Origin: the human T2T-CHM13v2.0 reference genome, Homo sapiens
NCBI RefSeq assembly: GCF_009914755.1
Contig: NC_060946.1
DNA length: 64,000 nt
Reading direction: 5' to 3' (one strand)
A program made the translations under genes and the position numbers. The notes beneath the pieces are model-generated. The model was not told the origin of the DNA. It saw only the letters and a list, made by a program, of their open reading frames with translations, and did no database searches. Positions 26,267-40,985 of the stretch are shown here, in pieces. Position 1 is the first letter of the stretch. Every line of letters begins with the position of its first letter.

Positions 26267-27489
26267 AATTAAAAAAGTTTTTAAAATCCTTGAAAACCCA
26301 CCTTTGCAGAAAAAAAAATAATAGCACCTGAGCCTTTTCTGGTTTGCTAAACATTTTTACACACATAATCATACAAGTTTCAACAACAGCCCTGTGATGA
26401 AAACATTTTCTTCCTAGCCTCGTTTCCCAGAAGAGAAAACAAAGGTTCAAATGGGGTGAAATGAGTTACTCAGAAAGAGGCAGAGCTGGGCTTGTAGCTG
26501 GACCTTTCTGGTTCTTGTTTTGTTTCATTTTCTGGACCATCCTGTTTCCCCTAAAGGAAATGATTTCCTGAAATTTCTCAAGTATTCTGAAAATGTAATT
26601 TTCTTCCTCACTTTCTCCCTGTTGGCTCAAGATGAATCACAAAACTCCAAATACCATCAGAATGTGTTGCCCAAGTCCCACCTGTTCTATGGCTGATGGC
26701 CACAGGGAGCTGGGTATGGCTGGGCCGGTTATGACCAACTGTAACCCCATCAAGGATTAACATGCTCCTGAAACAGACCCCATGTCCAGAAATTTGCAAA
26801 ACCTACCCTGAAATGTTGACATCATAGAGTGTGCCCCAATGTCCTGTCCAGATTTCTGTCCCTCCCATGAGCTGGAGAGGATATTTGGCATCAGACAGCT
26901 GGAAATCACTTTCCCCAGTTTTTGGCTTCATGACTCAGTTTTCTTGCTTGTAGAATAAAGCTAATCATAGAATTTACCTCTCAGAATTCCTAAGAGAATA
27001 AATTCAGGCAGGGTGGGGAATATGCATGGCATATAGTAGATGCTCATTAAACAAGAATCAATATTTCTGAGCACTCACTCTGTATACAGGGCAGTGAGCA
27101 ATCATGATGTCTGCATTATCTCCATTTGTAACTGAAGAAAAGTTCAGCTGCTCACTGCTTGCAAAGGCAAATGAACAAGGATGAGAAGCAGTGAAAGGAA
27201 AGTGACTTCATTCCAAAAGCCCATATCTGGGGATGAGGTCAGGCTAGTGCCTTAGAGAAACCATTTCAGATTTTGAACTGAGGGCAGGTGTTTCAAAAGG
27301 GAAACTTGATATGAAAGGCATGCAAGAGTGGTGAAGAAGTGCCAGTCTACATGACTTGTCCAATGACCATCTTGAGTTATTGCCCCATCGGGTGTATGGA
27401 CTGGGGACATCTCCAGGATAGCCAGGTTGAAAATTCAATGTAGCCTTGAGGTAATTCTGTAGCTTCCTGGATGGTTTCAAGATTTCTTC

Positions 27490-28518
27490 TACTGGGGGAA
27501 CACACTCCCAATATTTCAATGGAGGTTCTTTCTATTTTCCATAAATGTTGGCCAGCTGAGAAATAAAGAGAGACAGTACAAAGAGAGGAATTTTACAGCT
27601 GGGTTGCTGGGGGTGACATCACATATCAGCAGGACTGTGATGCCCACCTGAATCTCAGATCAGCAAGTTTTTATTCAGGGTTTTAAAAAGGGGAGGGTGT
27701 GTAAGAACAGGGAGTAGGTACAAAGATCACATGCTTCAAAGGGCAAAAAGCAGAACTACTAATAAGGGTCTAACAAAGATCACATGCTTCTGAGGGAACA
27801 GGACAAAGGGCAAAAGCAGAAATACTGATATGTTCAGCGGTGCACGTATTGTCTTGATAAACATCTTAAACAACAGAAAACAGGGTTTGAGGGTAGAGAA
27901 CCGGTCTGACCACAAATTTACCAGGGTGGACTTTTTCCCCACCCTAATAAGCCTGAGGGTACTGCAGGAGACCAGGGCATATCTCAGTCCTTATCTCAAC
28001 CGCATAAGACAGACATCCCCAGAGCGGCCGTTTATAGACCTCCCCCCAGAAATGCATTCCTTTCCCAGGGTATTAATATTAATATTCCTTGCTGGGAAAA
28101 GAATTTGGCAATATCTTCCCTACTTGCCCATCTGTTTATAGGCTCTCTGCAAGAAGAAAAGTATAGCTCTTTTTGCCCGACCCTGCAGGCAGTCAGACCT
28201 TATGGTTGTCTTCCCTTGTTCCCTAAAATCGCTGTTATTCTGTTCTTTTTCAAGGTGGACTGATTTCATATTGTTCAACCACACATGTTTTACAATCAAT
28301 TTGTACAGTTCACATAATTATCACTGTGGTCCTGAGGTGACGTACATCCTCAGCTTAGGAAGATAACAGGATTAAGAGATTAAAGTAAAGACAGGCATAA
28401 GAAATTATAAAAGTATTATTTGGGAACTGATAAATGTCCATGAAATCTTCACAATTTATGTTCCTCTGCTGCGGCTCCAGCCGGTCCCTCCATTCGGGCT
28501 CCCTGACTTCCTGCAACA
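27490..28518 (-). mobile_element. ERVK solo LTR, MER11 family (A-like)
   Basis: Minus-strand start TGTTGCAGGAAGTCAGGG; similar to 8175-9243; TSD TCTTC. Confidence 0.82.
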
Positions 28519-28819
28519 TCTTCCCTGGAATTTCTAAGCAATCTAACATGATTAAATAAAATACAGTGCATGGGAGGGGAGTTCCTAGTAGAAAAGGAGA
28601 ACAAAGATTCACACATTACTAAAAGCAAAACAAGAAATGGACAAAGAGAGGAGACCAGAAACAAACAAACAAAAAATAAAATGGGATACTTGGTTACATT
28701 TTCATCTTCTCCATGCACTCTCTAGTACTCTTGATGTTTCTCCTATCCCCATGTACAGACCAGAAACAGACTCAGAAAATAAAATCATTTCCCCAAGGCC
28801 ACACAACTGGCCTTGGCTT

Positions 28820-29075
28820 CCTTTTTTGTTAGAGACAGGATCTCACTCTGTTGCCCAGGCTGGGGTGCAGCAGCAGATCAAACGTCTGGGCTCAAGTGAT
28901 CCCCCCACTGCAGGAACCCAAGCAGCTGAAACTACAGGCATGTGCCACCATGTCTGGCTAATTTTTTAACTTTCTTGGTAGAGATGAGGTCTCATGATGT
29001 TGCCCAGGCTGGTCTTAAACTCCTAGCCTCAAGTAACCCTTCTGCTTCAGCCTCCCAATGTACTGGAGTTGTAAT
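28820..29075 (-). mobile_element. AluJ
   Basis: Diverged Alu. Confidence 0.75.
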
Positions 29076-30570
29076 CGAGTAACCCAGCATTGAAATGTAC
29101 TTTAACATTATTTTTCTTTCTGTCTTAATCTCAGAATGTAGCTTTAAAATGTACTTCAAAATTCCTTTCCCCTCCCTTTCTCACCAAGCTCTCTTGTGCA
29201 CAGTGCTCACTTATCTAATGATGTGGGTGCATAGAAATTCAAGGAGTGAATTTTGAAAAAAAAAAACAGGCAGAGAAACCCAGGTGCAAAATTCTCCGGC
29301 TTAGGGGGAGTTACCAACAATTAATCCACCACCAACAGGGTAAAGTCCAAAAGATGCCAATTGGACCTCCTGACGGGCTACTTCTCAAGACAGCCATTGG
29401 AACAAGACACAGACCTGCACCCTCCTGCACCACTCCCACACACCTCCAATTCCAATTTTCCCTTTCTAAACCCCTCTCTCCAGCCTAAAGTAGAAATGAT
29501 CTTTTAAGAGCATGAGCCTGATCATTCCCCCACTGTGAGCACTTGAATGAAGCTGCTTTCCCTTCACCGCAACTCACTTCCTGTGTTTTTGGCCACTGAG
29601 TGGTGAGCAGCTGGACTTGAGCCAGTTATAGCATTACAGGAGGGAGCCAATGCACCCAGCATGGCTTCCCTTTTTCACCTACTGATCCTCACGATTCAGT
29701 GCTTAAATTATAGAAATTTTTTCATTTCTAAGACAAATAATGATAGACTCACAAGACAAAACAGCACAGCTGGAAAAATAGTTGCAAAACTAGCACAGAG
29801 AGGCCCTGCAGACTCTTTGCCCAGTTTCCCCCAACGGTCCTCCAGTTCATCTGATGTAGGAGCTGGACTGGGCTGGTCTGGAAACTCAGTCTCAGCTGCC
29901 TGAAGTGGTCACTTATCCATGCGCTCCCTTAGAGGGGATGACAAGGTCCTAGGAGAAGTCAACATCAAAGCCACCTCCAAGCTGTGGTCAGCCCAAAGGA
30001 GATGGTCACAAAGGCAGAATTCAGAAGGAGGAAGAGACTTAGAGCCAAGGGTGGAGATGGAACCTAGGGGTGGGCCTTGAGTTACTTAGGTCACCGATGC
30101 CAAGCTGCCATAACAAAGAGCTCCCAATTACCGATATATTCAATCAATGATATAGGAGATTGCTGAACTGAGACATTCACACCAACGTTGCTAGGCAGTT
30201 TCAGTGGCAGGTGGTTTTGCTCCCGAAGGTCGACCAGGGGTTGCCACTCAGAGGGAGTTGTTGTTTTCCACGTGGAAGCTGGCGCTTACCCATACATCCC
30301 AGCCCAAAGAACAGAAGAGGACACAAAGCACAGGAATCTTCCCCTTAAGAGAAACACCTACAAGTTGCAGACATCACTGCTCTCACCTTCCATTGGCCAC
30401 AATTTAGGAAGAAGACCCCATGGAGTTGCCAGGGATACTGGGCAGTCCTGTGCCTGTGGAAACTCAGCAGCTTGATGATCAAAGACGAAAAAAAAGAGAG
30501 GAAATAAAAACGGGTAAAATGCTCAATTTTATAACTTTTAAATTTTCATCTTTTGCCACCTGGAGAACCT

Positions 30571-30603
30571 GAAATGGAAACGAAAAGTCACAACTTCTCA
30601 GCA
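30571..30603. promoter_or_regulatory. ISRE (GAAATGGAAACGAAAAGT) and GAS-like site in an orphan APOL promoter copy
   Basis: Same flanking context (AAGTCACAACTTC..AGCAGCTC) as the APOL2/APOL4 promoters. Confidence 0.6.
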
Positions 30604-32957
30604 GCTCGTGATCACGCAAACCCACTAAACACACTGCTCCCCGGCACCACCTTCAGCCCGGTCCCACCCTCCTTGCTGCTGCACTTACAGGAGCAACCCC
30701 AGACCCAGTGTTCCAGAACCTTCTCTGTCAACCCACCTGCCTCACATCCTCAGGGTGGGGGTCTGTTATGGTCTTCGGGAAGAAACAGGCTGTGGGACCC
30801 CCCAGATTCCTCCCCCTCTGCCTGTGCCCCCTACACTCCCAGCATGCCTGCCTTACTCTCCCCCATGCTATCGACATTAGCACAATCTCTCAGACATACC
30901 AGGTGCTTACTGCATGCTGAACTCTATGACTGTTTTTCAACACCATGCCCCTGTGGCTTCTGGACTTTTGCTTATGTGGGTTCTTCTGTCTGGAGCAATG
31001 GCTTCCACCAACTGAAAAATCATGTTCTTCCTTCAGAGCTCAATTATGGCATTGCCTCCTCTGAGAAGCCTTCCAGCATCCACAGAGTCCACTGCCCCAT
31101 GCCCCACTCCCATGACACCTTGAAGGGAGGGACCTAAGTCCACTGCTGGGCCACAGTCCCACAGCTAAGAAGTCATGCAGCTGGATTGCTGTCAGACAGT
31201 TCTGCTTTGTCCCAGGCAGAAGGGCTGGAGTGGGGCTGGACCACAGAGGTCAACCTGGCCCTTCCAGGGGGTCCTAGTTCATCCAGGGCAAACATCCATG
31301 GGATATCCTGGCCACCACCCAATACACACACACCAGCTTTTGAGGGAGGAACAGAAGGCAATCACACAGGAACTGCACACTGTAGATTGCAATGCATTTA
31401 TACTTCCCCTTTTGATTGCAGTTTTGTAATCATCCCTCAATGAACCAGGATCATGATCTGAGTTTGCAGGTGAGGAAACTGAGGCAAAGGGCAGGGCAGT
31501 GGCTTTCATCCATCAACTCAGAGAGGAGCCAAGACTTGTAAACCAAAAAGCGTTTGAGACAGTTCTCAATTGGTTTAGAGGTTTATTCGGCCAAGGTTGA
31601 GAACACACCTGGGAGAAACGGACGCAAGTCACTGTAGGATGTGGGGCCCACGCTTTTTCCAAAGAGGGTGTTGAGTCTCTCAGTATTTAAAGGGGAAAAA
31701 TTGGGCAGGAGGGGACAGAGGAAAGAAAGCAAGAGAGAGGGAAGGTAGTGAGATAAACAGTCCCACATTCTTCCGAGGTTGTCGCTGGGCAGGTTGAGGT
31801 TCTTGACTTTGCTGCACAAAAGGATTTGAGAGTACTTTTGAGAGTATGGCATGGGAAAGTGTCCAAGAGTAGGCAGAGAAGTTTACTGCAAAGTGAAATA
31901 TGCTCTGAGAGGCAGAGCAGGCTGCTAAATGTGAAAAACAGCCCCTAGTGCCTTAAGTGGAATTCCCTTTATGGGAGCTGGGCATGCATATTCATAAGGT
32001 ACTGGTGAGGTCAAGTGTGCAAAGGTGGACCTGGGATTGGCGCATGTGATCAGCGTCTCTCTGCTCTAACAAGCATTGCACATATCATTACCATATATAC
32101 AATCTCCACCTAGGGATGTGTTTTTTACTATTAAAGTGGGGAAAACATCAGTAGAATCTAAACCATGAGCCTCGTTACGCAGGCAGGGCCAGGGAGAAGT
32201 CCCTAGCTCCCCCAAAGTAGGAATAGGTAGCTAATAGCTTCTTGGGCTTTTGGTGCTGATTGGCTGGTGACAGGGAAATCCACAACTTGAATAAGGGGCT
32301 TTCCTTCTCTCTCTCAGGCAGTGTAGGTATCAGGAACTTGGAACCATCTGGCAGTCGGCTGGCATGCTGTAGGACCACGTATTTTGCAGAAAAAAGTTAG
32401 GGGCTGATGCAGGAGGGTGCAAGGGATGTGAAAGGAACCTGTGGGGATTCACGCAAGGGGACAAGTCAGTGTGGCCTCCTGGCCTTACTTATTCTTCCTC
32501 AAGGCTTTGATTAGCACTTCCTCAATGCACCTATGGCATGGGAAAGTTTGGGACAGAGGATCAGTCCATTTTGCATTTCTCAACGGACAGCTCTTAGGTC
32601 ACCTGAGATCGAATATTTGTTTTAAAAGTACAGAGCTAAGCTAGCAGGCCTAAGTATTGTACTATCATTTGCTCTAACCACGGGGAAGAATGGTCTTAGT
32701 CAAGACGATCAGGAAAAGTAGTTTGAACAGCGTTATGACTTATGTATTTAAAGCAAAATGGTAAGAGTTTCCTAATGTTCACAGGCAGATACCCTTACAG
32801 AACAAGGTTCCCTTGAAGATGTACATTTATCTTAGGAAAGAGTTTTAAGAAGGCCAGCTAACTACTAGGAAGCTATGTTTTGGCTTTCTAACTTATCTTA
32901 ATTAAATTCCTGGCTTTAGAGTGGAGCCCTTTAAGGAACAGGGTCAGTAAAGCATGC

Positions 32958-32960
<3 letters not shown>

Positions 32961-33006
<46 letters not shown>
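32961..33006 (+). repeat. (TG)n microsatellite
   Basis: Seen directly in the sequence. Confidence 0.95.
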
Positions 33007-33009
<3 letters not shown>

Positions 33010-33327
33010 AGTTCTTCAGCGATGTTTATTTAAAAATCTAAAACTGCAAAAAAAAAAAAATAAAATAAAAAACAAACAACAGCCAGCACCCTCTGGGGAT
33101 AATTATTCACTGTAAGCAACTGCCATGATCCATTTTTAACAATGCATTTCTTCCCGAAGTATTACACTTACCAAGGGTATTTTCTTGCGATGCAAAGTGA
33201 TTTCTGATATACACCCAAAAGCCAAAAGATCAGGTAACACAACAGAAAAGAGAGAAGAGGTTTTAGACCTGACTGAATCTGTCCGCTGACCACTGCTGGG
33301 ATCCCATGAGGAAACACAGGATCCCCT

Positions 33328-33962
33328 CATGAAAGGAAAACAAAATCTCAGGAACCCAAACTCACGATGGAAAAGTGACACTTGGAAACTGAGTCACACA
33401 ACACACTGCCTTTCCTTTCCATCCTAAACCGATAGACAGGTGCTAGGCAGAAGGCCATGTGTCTCCCAGGGTGGCCGCCCTCACCCTGACACTGTAAAAT
33501 CACAGCTCATCTTCACAAGTACGTGACACAAGACGACACTGGAAACCATCCCGCCACCCACCCCGACACAAATGCATATGTCAGTGCTTCCTGTGCTCTA
33601 TGTTGACTTTATCTCCTGTCGATGCGGATGGACTGGGTATGAGACGAATGCAGAACTGACTGTTCCTCTGCCTGCTCCTTTCACAAGCAGCAGGTGGATT
33701 TAGGGAGCACTAATCAAACCCTCACAAGACAGTGAACACTCACCCACTACGTGCCCTCCCTCTCTTTTTATTCTTTCCTCTTTCTCCTCCTGCCCACTGT
33801 TCTCCCTTTAAATATTGAAGCTCTCAAAACCCTCTTAGGAAAAAGTGCAAGCCCCAGAACCTACAGCACCTCGTGTCTCTTCTACCCAGGCTCATCCTCA
33901 ATCGTGGCTAAATAAACCTCTAAATTGCTGGAGACCTCCCTCAGACACATTTTGGGTTTACA
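33328..33962 (+). mobile_element. MER4-family LTR, flanked by ERV1 internal fragments
   Basis: TGAAAGGAAAACAAAATCTCAGG start, AATAAA, TTTGGGTTTACA end. Confidence 0.5.
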
Positions 33963-34627
33963 ATTGGGCAACTGCAAAGAGGTTCTAAGTGGAAGTTGCC
34001 CTTGATATGGGCAAATCTCCTGTAGGTGCCTGGTATTGTCTTGGACTATCTTAATCTCTCAAACAAATAGGATGATTTGCTGGCATCTGGGAGCTTTTCC
34101 TTCCAGAGATCCCTGATATCTCATGTATACACCTTCAATAAATTTGCTAGCCATTTTTGCCATGAATTAATCAACCTCAGGCCAATGCTTTTTTCATAGT
34201 GATCAGAGCTGTTCTTGTCTCCCAGAAGTCATAGTGATGAGAACCCAGGCACCTGATCTGCCAGCTAAAGGGTAGGAATTTTCTACCAGCCAGGCTCCTG
34301 GCCTCTCTCTGTGTACTACAGGTGAACAGATGGTAAAAATCACTGTTGGCCTCATCTGCAAGGTTTTGATTAATGGGGGTGGGAGCGGGGGAAGGTTTGT
34401 GTGTGACTCATCTTGGTCTAGCAACTCTGGTGAACATTTGGTACTTTATGGTCTATTGGAATAAAGGACACCAGGGAAAATTCTAATCATTAATGGCCAT
34501 AAAACAGATAAAAATGATTTTCTAAACAACTGATGAAAAACTCAACATTGAAAAAGGACACATAGTATCACAGCTAGCTTTGAGAAATCTATTCCAAAAA
34601 ATCTCACATAAAAATTAAAATCCCTGC

Positions 34628-34925
34628 AGGACGCAGTGGCTCATGCCTGTAATCCCAGCACTTTGGGAGGCCAAGGTGGGCAGATCATTTGAAGTCAGGA
34701 GTTCAAAAACTGGCCTGGCCAACATGGTGAAACCCCGTATCTACTAAAAATATAAAAATTAGCTGGATGTGGTGGCCTGTAATCCCAGCTACTTACGAGG
34801 CTGAACCAGGAGAACTGCTTGAGCCTGGGAGGCAGTGATTGCGGTAAGCATAAATCCCGCCATTGCACTCCAGCCTAGGTGACAGAGAGAGACTCCATCT
34901 CAAAGAAAATAAAAAAAATAAAAAA
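34628..34925 (+). mobile_element. Alu (S-type)
   Basis: Alu consensus with A-tail. Confidence 0.88.
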
Positions 34926-36231
34926 CTGAAAAACCACACATTAAAATCTATTGCAGGTTTTACCGCCTGTTCTGGATTCTGGTTTGATATTTGTGTGATT
35001 TTGCCTTTCACTGATCCTTCTCCCCTCCATGGATAGCTATTGATTTCTGTCTTCTTTCTGTGGGGGACATAGAGGGAATTTTTGTCTTTGTGTATAGGAG
35101 ATCAGCTATTCTGTATCTTAAAAACAAACAAAAAAACACCTCCCTGCCACCTCCTGGAAGACCCCTCGGGCGCCCATGGTTAAGTCACAACCTTACTTCA
35201 GGCTTATTGGTTTCACTAGGAAGGTTGCCTTTGGTAGAATTCAAACACCAGAAATATCACCTGTATGTCCTGGCTAACATCTGGTAGTAAGAGGTGTGAA
35301 AGGATTTTTTCAGAGCTCTAAAGTCACAAGTCAACTTCACTGAAACTGATATTAAGGCTGTGTATGTATATATGTATCTATCTATCTATTTATTGAGAGA
35401 GAGAGAGTAGTTATGGCCATTATTCTCTCTCTATGTCTCAGTCACCTCAATTCTGTCTGTTTCTCTGTTTACTTCTGTCTTTCCCTCCTTCCTCTTGCCA
35501 CCCTCCGTGCAATCAAGAGAGGACCTACAGTAGTTTCTAACAGCTGAGATCCTTTGGGAAAAACAGAAAAAAGCACCAGAGTCCCTGCTGGGGAGGAACC
35601 TCTGTTTTCCTCATGCGACCTCAAGAGTTGGAAGTGGACAGATTCCTGTCAAATTCAAAACTGTTCTCTTCTATCCTAAGGCATATCTCTGTTTAAAGTT
35701 CTTTTCCTGGACCTCTTAACTAAAATTTGCTTATATCGTTTTGTAATCAGGCAGCTTAACTTCAAACTGCATTTTAAACTGGGTTTTCCTTCTTCTTTGG
35801 TTTCCAGATTTAACCTTGAAGCAAACTGCAGAAGCCTTTTTTCTTAGACTTAAAATAGAGTCCATGCCCCTCCCTTTCTCACCATATATACCCCCTATAT
35901 TTATCTAAGTTTGTGCTAGTGTCTAATCATGTGCTTTCTCAGAAGTTCCATAGGTTAATCTTGAGACACACAGGCCAAGCCTGGAGACCCAGCTACAAAT
36001 TTCCAGAGAGTACTCAAGGCAGCTAGTTAGCAATCCAGCCATCGTTGAGATGACGCCAGCCCAAGATCCAAGTGGACTGGGACCCAGGAGAGCCACAGGG
36101 ACAGGACATACACACATACACAATTCTAGCATGCTGTCCTTATCAAGCTTTCCTTTTTAAGCCCCGGCCTTTACCCAAAAACATCAAACTGGTTTCTTTC
36201 TTTCTTTTTTTTTTTTCCAGTGAAAAGTTTC

Positions 36232-37143
36232 ATTTTTTCCTTCAGCTGTTATTTTAAGTTCCGGGTACATGTGCGGGACGTAAGGTAAATGTGTGCCATG
36301 GTCCTTTGCTGCACAGATCAACCCATCACCGAGGTATTAAGCCTAGCATCCATTAGCTATTCTTCCTGATCCTCTCCCTCCCCCTGCGCCAACAGGCCCC
36401 AGTATATGTTGTTCCCCTTGATGTGTCCCTGCGTTTTCATCATTCAACTCCCACTTATAAATGAGAACATATGGTATTTGATTTTCTGTTCCTGCATTAG
36501 TTTGCTGAGAATGACAGCTTCCAGCTCTGTTTATGTGCCTACAAAAGACATGGTCTCATTCCATTTTATGGCTGCAGAGTATTCCACAGGGTATATGTAC
36601 CACATTTTCTTTATCCAGTCTATCATTGATGAGTATTTGGGTTGATTCCATGTCTTTGCTATTGTGAATAGTGCTGTAGTGAACATACATATGCATGTAT
36701 CTTTACAACAGAGTGATTTATATTTCTTTGGGTATATACCCAGCAGAGGAATTGCTGGGTCAAAGGGGTTTCTTGGACAAATTGCCACCCTGTCTTCCAC
36801 AATGGTTGAACTAATTTACACTCCCACCAACAAAGTAAAAGTGTTTCTTTTTCTCCACAACCTCGCCAGCATCGGTTGTTTCTTGACTTTTTAATGATTG
36901 CCATTCTGACTGGCATGAAATAGTATCTCATTGTGGTTTTGATTTGCATTTCTCTAATGGTCAGTGATGTTGAGCTTTTTTTCATGTTTGTTGGCCGTAT
37001 GAATGTCTTATTTTGAGAACTGTCTGTTCATGTCCTTTGCCCATTTTATAATGGAGTTGTTTGGTTTTTTTTTCTTGCTAATTTGCTTATGTTCCTTGTA
37101 GACTCTGAATATTAGAACTTTGTCATATGGAGAGATTGCAAAA
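36232..37143 (-). mobile_element. L1 3' fragment (primate L1P, ORF2 C-terminus and 3' UTR)
   Basis: ORFs 36531..36800 and 36659..36985 give L1 ORF2 C-terminal peptides ([30 protein letters not shown]). Confidence 0.88.
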
Positions 37144-37462
37144 GTGATTGCTTTCCAAGGGAATCCAGCCACTTCCCCTTTACTCATTTTGGTTAATAAA
37201 GTCACCTTCTTTCTAGCAGACCTCGCTCTTGTTAATTGGATGATCCAGGTGGGGAGCATCCAGACCTGCGTTCGCTTCCAGTTGTTTTTCTTCCCTTGGT
37301 TTAAGCAAAATGATACAATATTTAGGCCAAATGTTTTAGTTCTACTTTGAGATGTAAAATCTCTATCTGATGTCACCTAAGATTTGTTCCTTTAGAGTGC
37401 GAACTTTGGGCCATCTGGCTGACAATTGCTGAGGCAATAAAACAGGTTATCAAGAAATTGGT

Positions 37463-37868
<406 letters not shown>

Positions 37869-38515
37869 ATTAGTAATCTAAAGTGGGGGAGAAAAATTTG
37901 GAAAAGTGACAAATAAAAAATCTTACAAATCTACAGGATCTGGGTCTGTACGCATCTCTGTGTGTCTATGTATTTATATGTGTTATAGGTATATAATATT
38001 TCCCCATCAAAATATATAGAAGGGCTCTAATTAATTGGCTTGCCAAAAAAAGCACTTAAATCCAATATTTTATCAGAAAAATAGAAACTTTAATTTGAAT
38101 AGCATTCACTTCATGTGACTTTAATAATCTTTGCTAGAGATAGTTTAAAAATTATTGGTAAAATAGAAATGTCTTCAAAACTTAATTTAGATATCTGGGC
38201 TGAATTAGTCAAGCAGGTCCGATACTATTGTCTGCTAGATGTATTAGTATAAAAAAGTTTGCTTCTGTAATACTTTTAAAGCTTGCTTATCTCATCTGTA
38301 AACCTATGTGTCTTGAGAATCAAGCCTTTGGACTAACCCCAGGCATTGCCCTTCATCCTGGGATATGCATCTGGTGCATAATTAAAACTGTTTACCTCCT
38401 ATATTCTTCAATAAAAATAAGAGTTACCAAGAGTTCACATTACAATTAATGTATGTAATTAAAACATTACATCTATTGCTGCCTAGACCACCTTCTGGCT
38501 ATACACAAAGTGTAT

Positions 38516-39106
38516 TGTGATGGTTAATATGAGGTGTGAACATCACTAGACGGAGGAATGCCTAGATGGCTGGTAAAGGATTGTTTCTGGGCGTGTCTGT
38601 GAGGGTGTTGCCAAAGGAGATTGACATTTGGGTCCGTGAACTAAGAGAAGAAGACACACCCTGAATGTGGGCAGTACCATCCCATCAGCTGCCAGTGAGG
38701 CCAGAACAAAGCAAGCAGAAGAGAAAAGGGTGAGCAGCTTGCTCATCACTCTCTCTGTCTTCCCGTGCTGGATGCTTCCTTCCTCTCCTCCTGCCCTTGG
38801 ACATCAGACTTCCTGGTCTTTGGCCTTTGGACTCTGGGACTTGCACCAGCGGCCTCCTGGAGGATTACAGGGCTTCATCCTAAGACCGAGACCTACGCAG
38901 TCGGCTTCTCTGGTTTTGAGGCTTTTAGACTTGGACTGAGTCACACTACGGGCTTCTGTCTTTCCCCAGCTTGCCGAGAGCCTGTTGTGGGATTTCTGCT
39001 CGTAATCATGTGAGCCAGTTCTCCCTAATAAACTCACTTCTATGTGTATTTCTGTGTGTACATGTATTCTATTGACCATGTCACTCTGGAGAACTCTGAC
39101 TAATGA
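38516..39106 (+). mobile_element. MLT2 (ERVL) LTR
   Basis: TGTGATGGTTAAT...GGTGTTGCCAAAGGAGATT...AATAAAC...GAGAACTCTGACTAAT signature. Confidence 0.7.
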
Positions 39107-40354
39107 ATGTATTAAAGAGATAGGATGTGTTTTGATAAAAGGGTTGAAAGAGGGCATGGGACTGTGGTTCTTTTTAAGAAAACATCATTTTGTTTAGTTT
39201 AGAGGTTTTAAGGATCATTTCAAGTTAAAAGAAAGATATGGCAAAAAAGAAATTTTAAGCAAATTGTAGTAGGTTTGTGGAAGATTGATCTCATAAAAGA
39301 AACCATGTGTGATGAAGTTTGGCTAAAATTTAAAAGAAATCATTTAGTTTTTCTATAAATTGAACATGAACATAAATAGCACATGGATGCTGGGCCAGCC
39401 TCTGAACCTCTGTGTCAGAGTAATAGGGAATACTCGGTATATTGATCTGCTCTTTAACAGAAAATCTTAAAAGCTATAAAAGATTTATGGAAATTTTACC
39501 TCATGATCAAACTAATTAAAATTTGATAGATTTGTTTATAGGATTGTATAAAATGAGCTTCAGCATTACTAATCCATTAATACAAAGGTAACATTTAGTT
39601 TTTCTCTTTTGAACAAGATTTTTGTGTAATATCAAAACATGATGGAAGAGTTTTGTTTGCCTGTTGAGCAAACTATAAAAGAGAAAGAAATGAGAGAGAG
39701 AAACAGATTCAGTTGGCCTCATGTTGTCTATATGATGTCTTATTCTTTGGGAAACTGAGTCTTCTGTCCATCACAGAGAAAAGGTTTCTGCTTTTTTGAA
39801 ATCTTTAATTCTGTGTCCTTTCTCTCTGGATCATTCCAATACATACCTCTACTCTTCAGTTGGTCAGAGGATGTTTAAGTCTAATTTGTTTTTGTTCTTG
39901 CATTTGCTTTTGTCTTGGTTTCGCTTTGCTGTGTGCTGCTTGCATCCAAAGGATCTTGACTGATTTAAAAAAAAATGATACCAACGAGTTGGTTGCAGAT
40001 AACAGACCCTCAGGATGGTTGGTATTTGTGGAATTAGCGTTCAGGCTGAGAGGGAGGCAGAGCAACAGTGAAACTCCCCACGCCGACCAGCATAGCACCT
40101 GCTGCCACCTGGTGGAACGTGGCTGAGACAAGGAACGCTGGGACCTGAAGCAGGACCTACCCTTCAAACAAACATCTGGCTTTGAAATGTTTCCTGAAGG
40201 CATCAAATAAATTGTGGCTGTCGATGTTGTTGGCTGACTCTCCTCCTATGAGAATAAAATTCAGAGACTGATTCTGTAGGTTTCTGGTTGCATGATAAAT
40301 TTCATCCTAGCCAGATCTTCTAAGTGCAGCTGAGGGCCCTGATGGGGAGAGTGG

Positions 40355-40985
40355 TGTATTAGTTCCTCCCCTGCTGTAACAAAGCACCACTGACCTGGTG
40401 CCCACGCTCTCTTTTCTTCTGGCCATAACCTGCCTCTCCCAGAGTTGGCCTCTTAGAATTTCTCCTAAAGAGACCAGGGTCCCAGCCCCTCCCCAATTTC
40501 AGAGAGTTCCTGGTAATCCATTTTTTCTTTGTGTTCACTTAAACCAACACAAAGTTGTTCTCTTCCAGTTCTGGAGGTCAGAAGTCCTAAAATCAAGGTG
40601 TGGGCATGGCTGTGTTTCTTCTAGAGGCTCCTGGAGAAGCCATTCCATTGCCTTTTCCAGCTTTTAGAGACACCTGCTGGCCTTGGCTCCTGGCTCCTCC
40701 CTTCATCTTCAAAGCCAGCCTTGTAGTGTCCTCTGATCTCTCTCAGTCTCTCTCCCCTTCCATCATCACATCTCCTTTTCTCCCTGTCACCTTACTGCCT
40801 CTGCCTTATAAGGACCCTTGTGGATACCTTGGGCCCAACCCAGATAATTCCAGATAACCTCCCATCTCCAGATCCTTGGCTGGATCACACTTGCAAGGTG
40901 CCTTTTATGATGGAAGGTGACATAATCACGAGTTCCAGCATTCGGATGCGCACATCCGTGGGGGGCTGTTATTCAGCCTAATACA
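40355..40985 (-). mobile_element. MLT1-type MaLR LTR with a templated 140-bp insertion
   Basis: Paralog of 481-965, interrupted at 40391-40530. Confidence 0.6.

Noticed and set aside
30553-31137. 194-aa ORF
   Set aside because: TTG start on the strand opposite the promoter relic; the frame is not conserved in the paralogous promoter regions.
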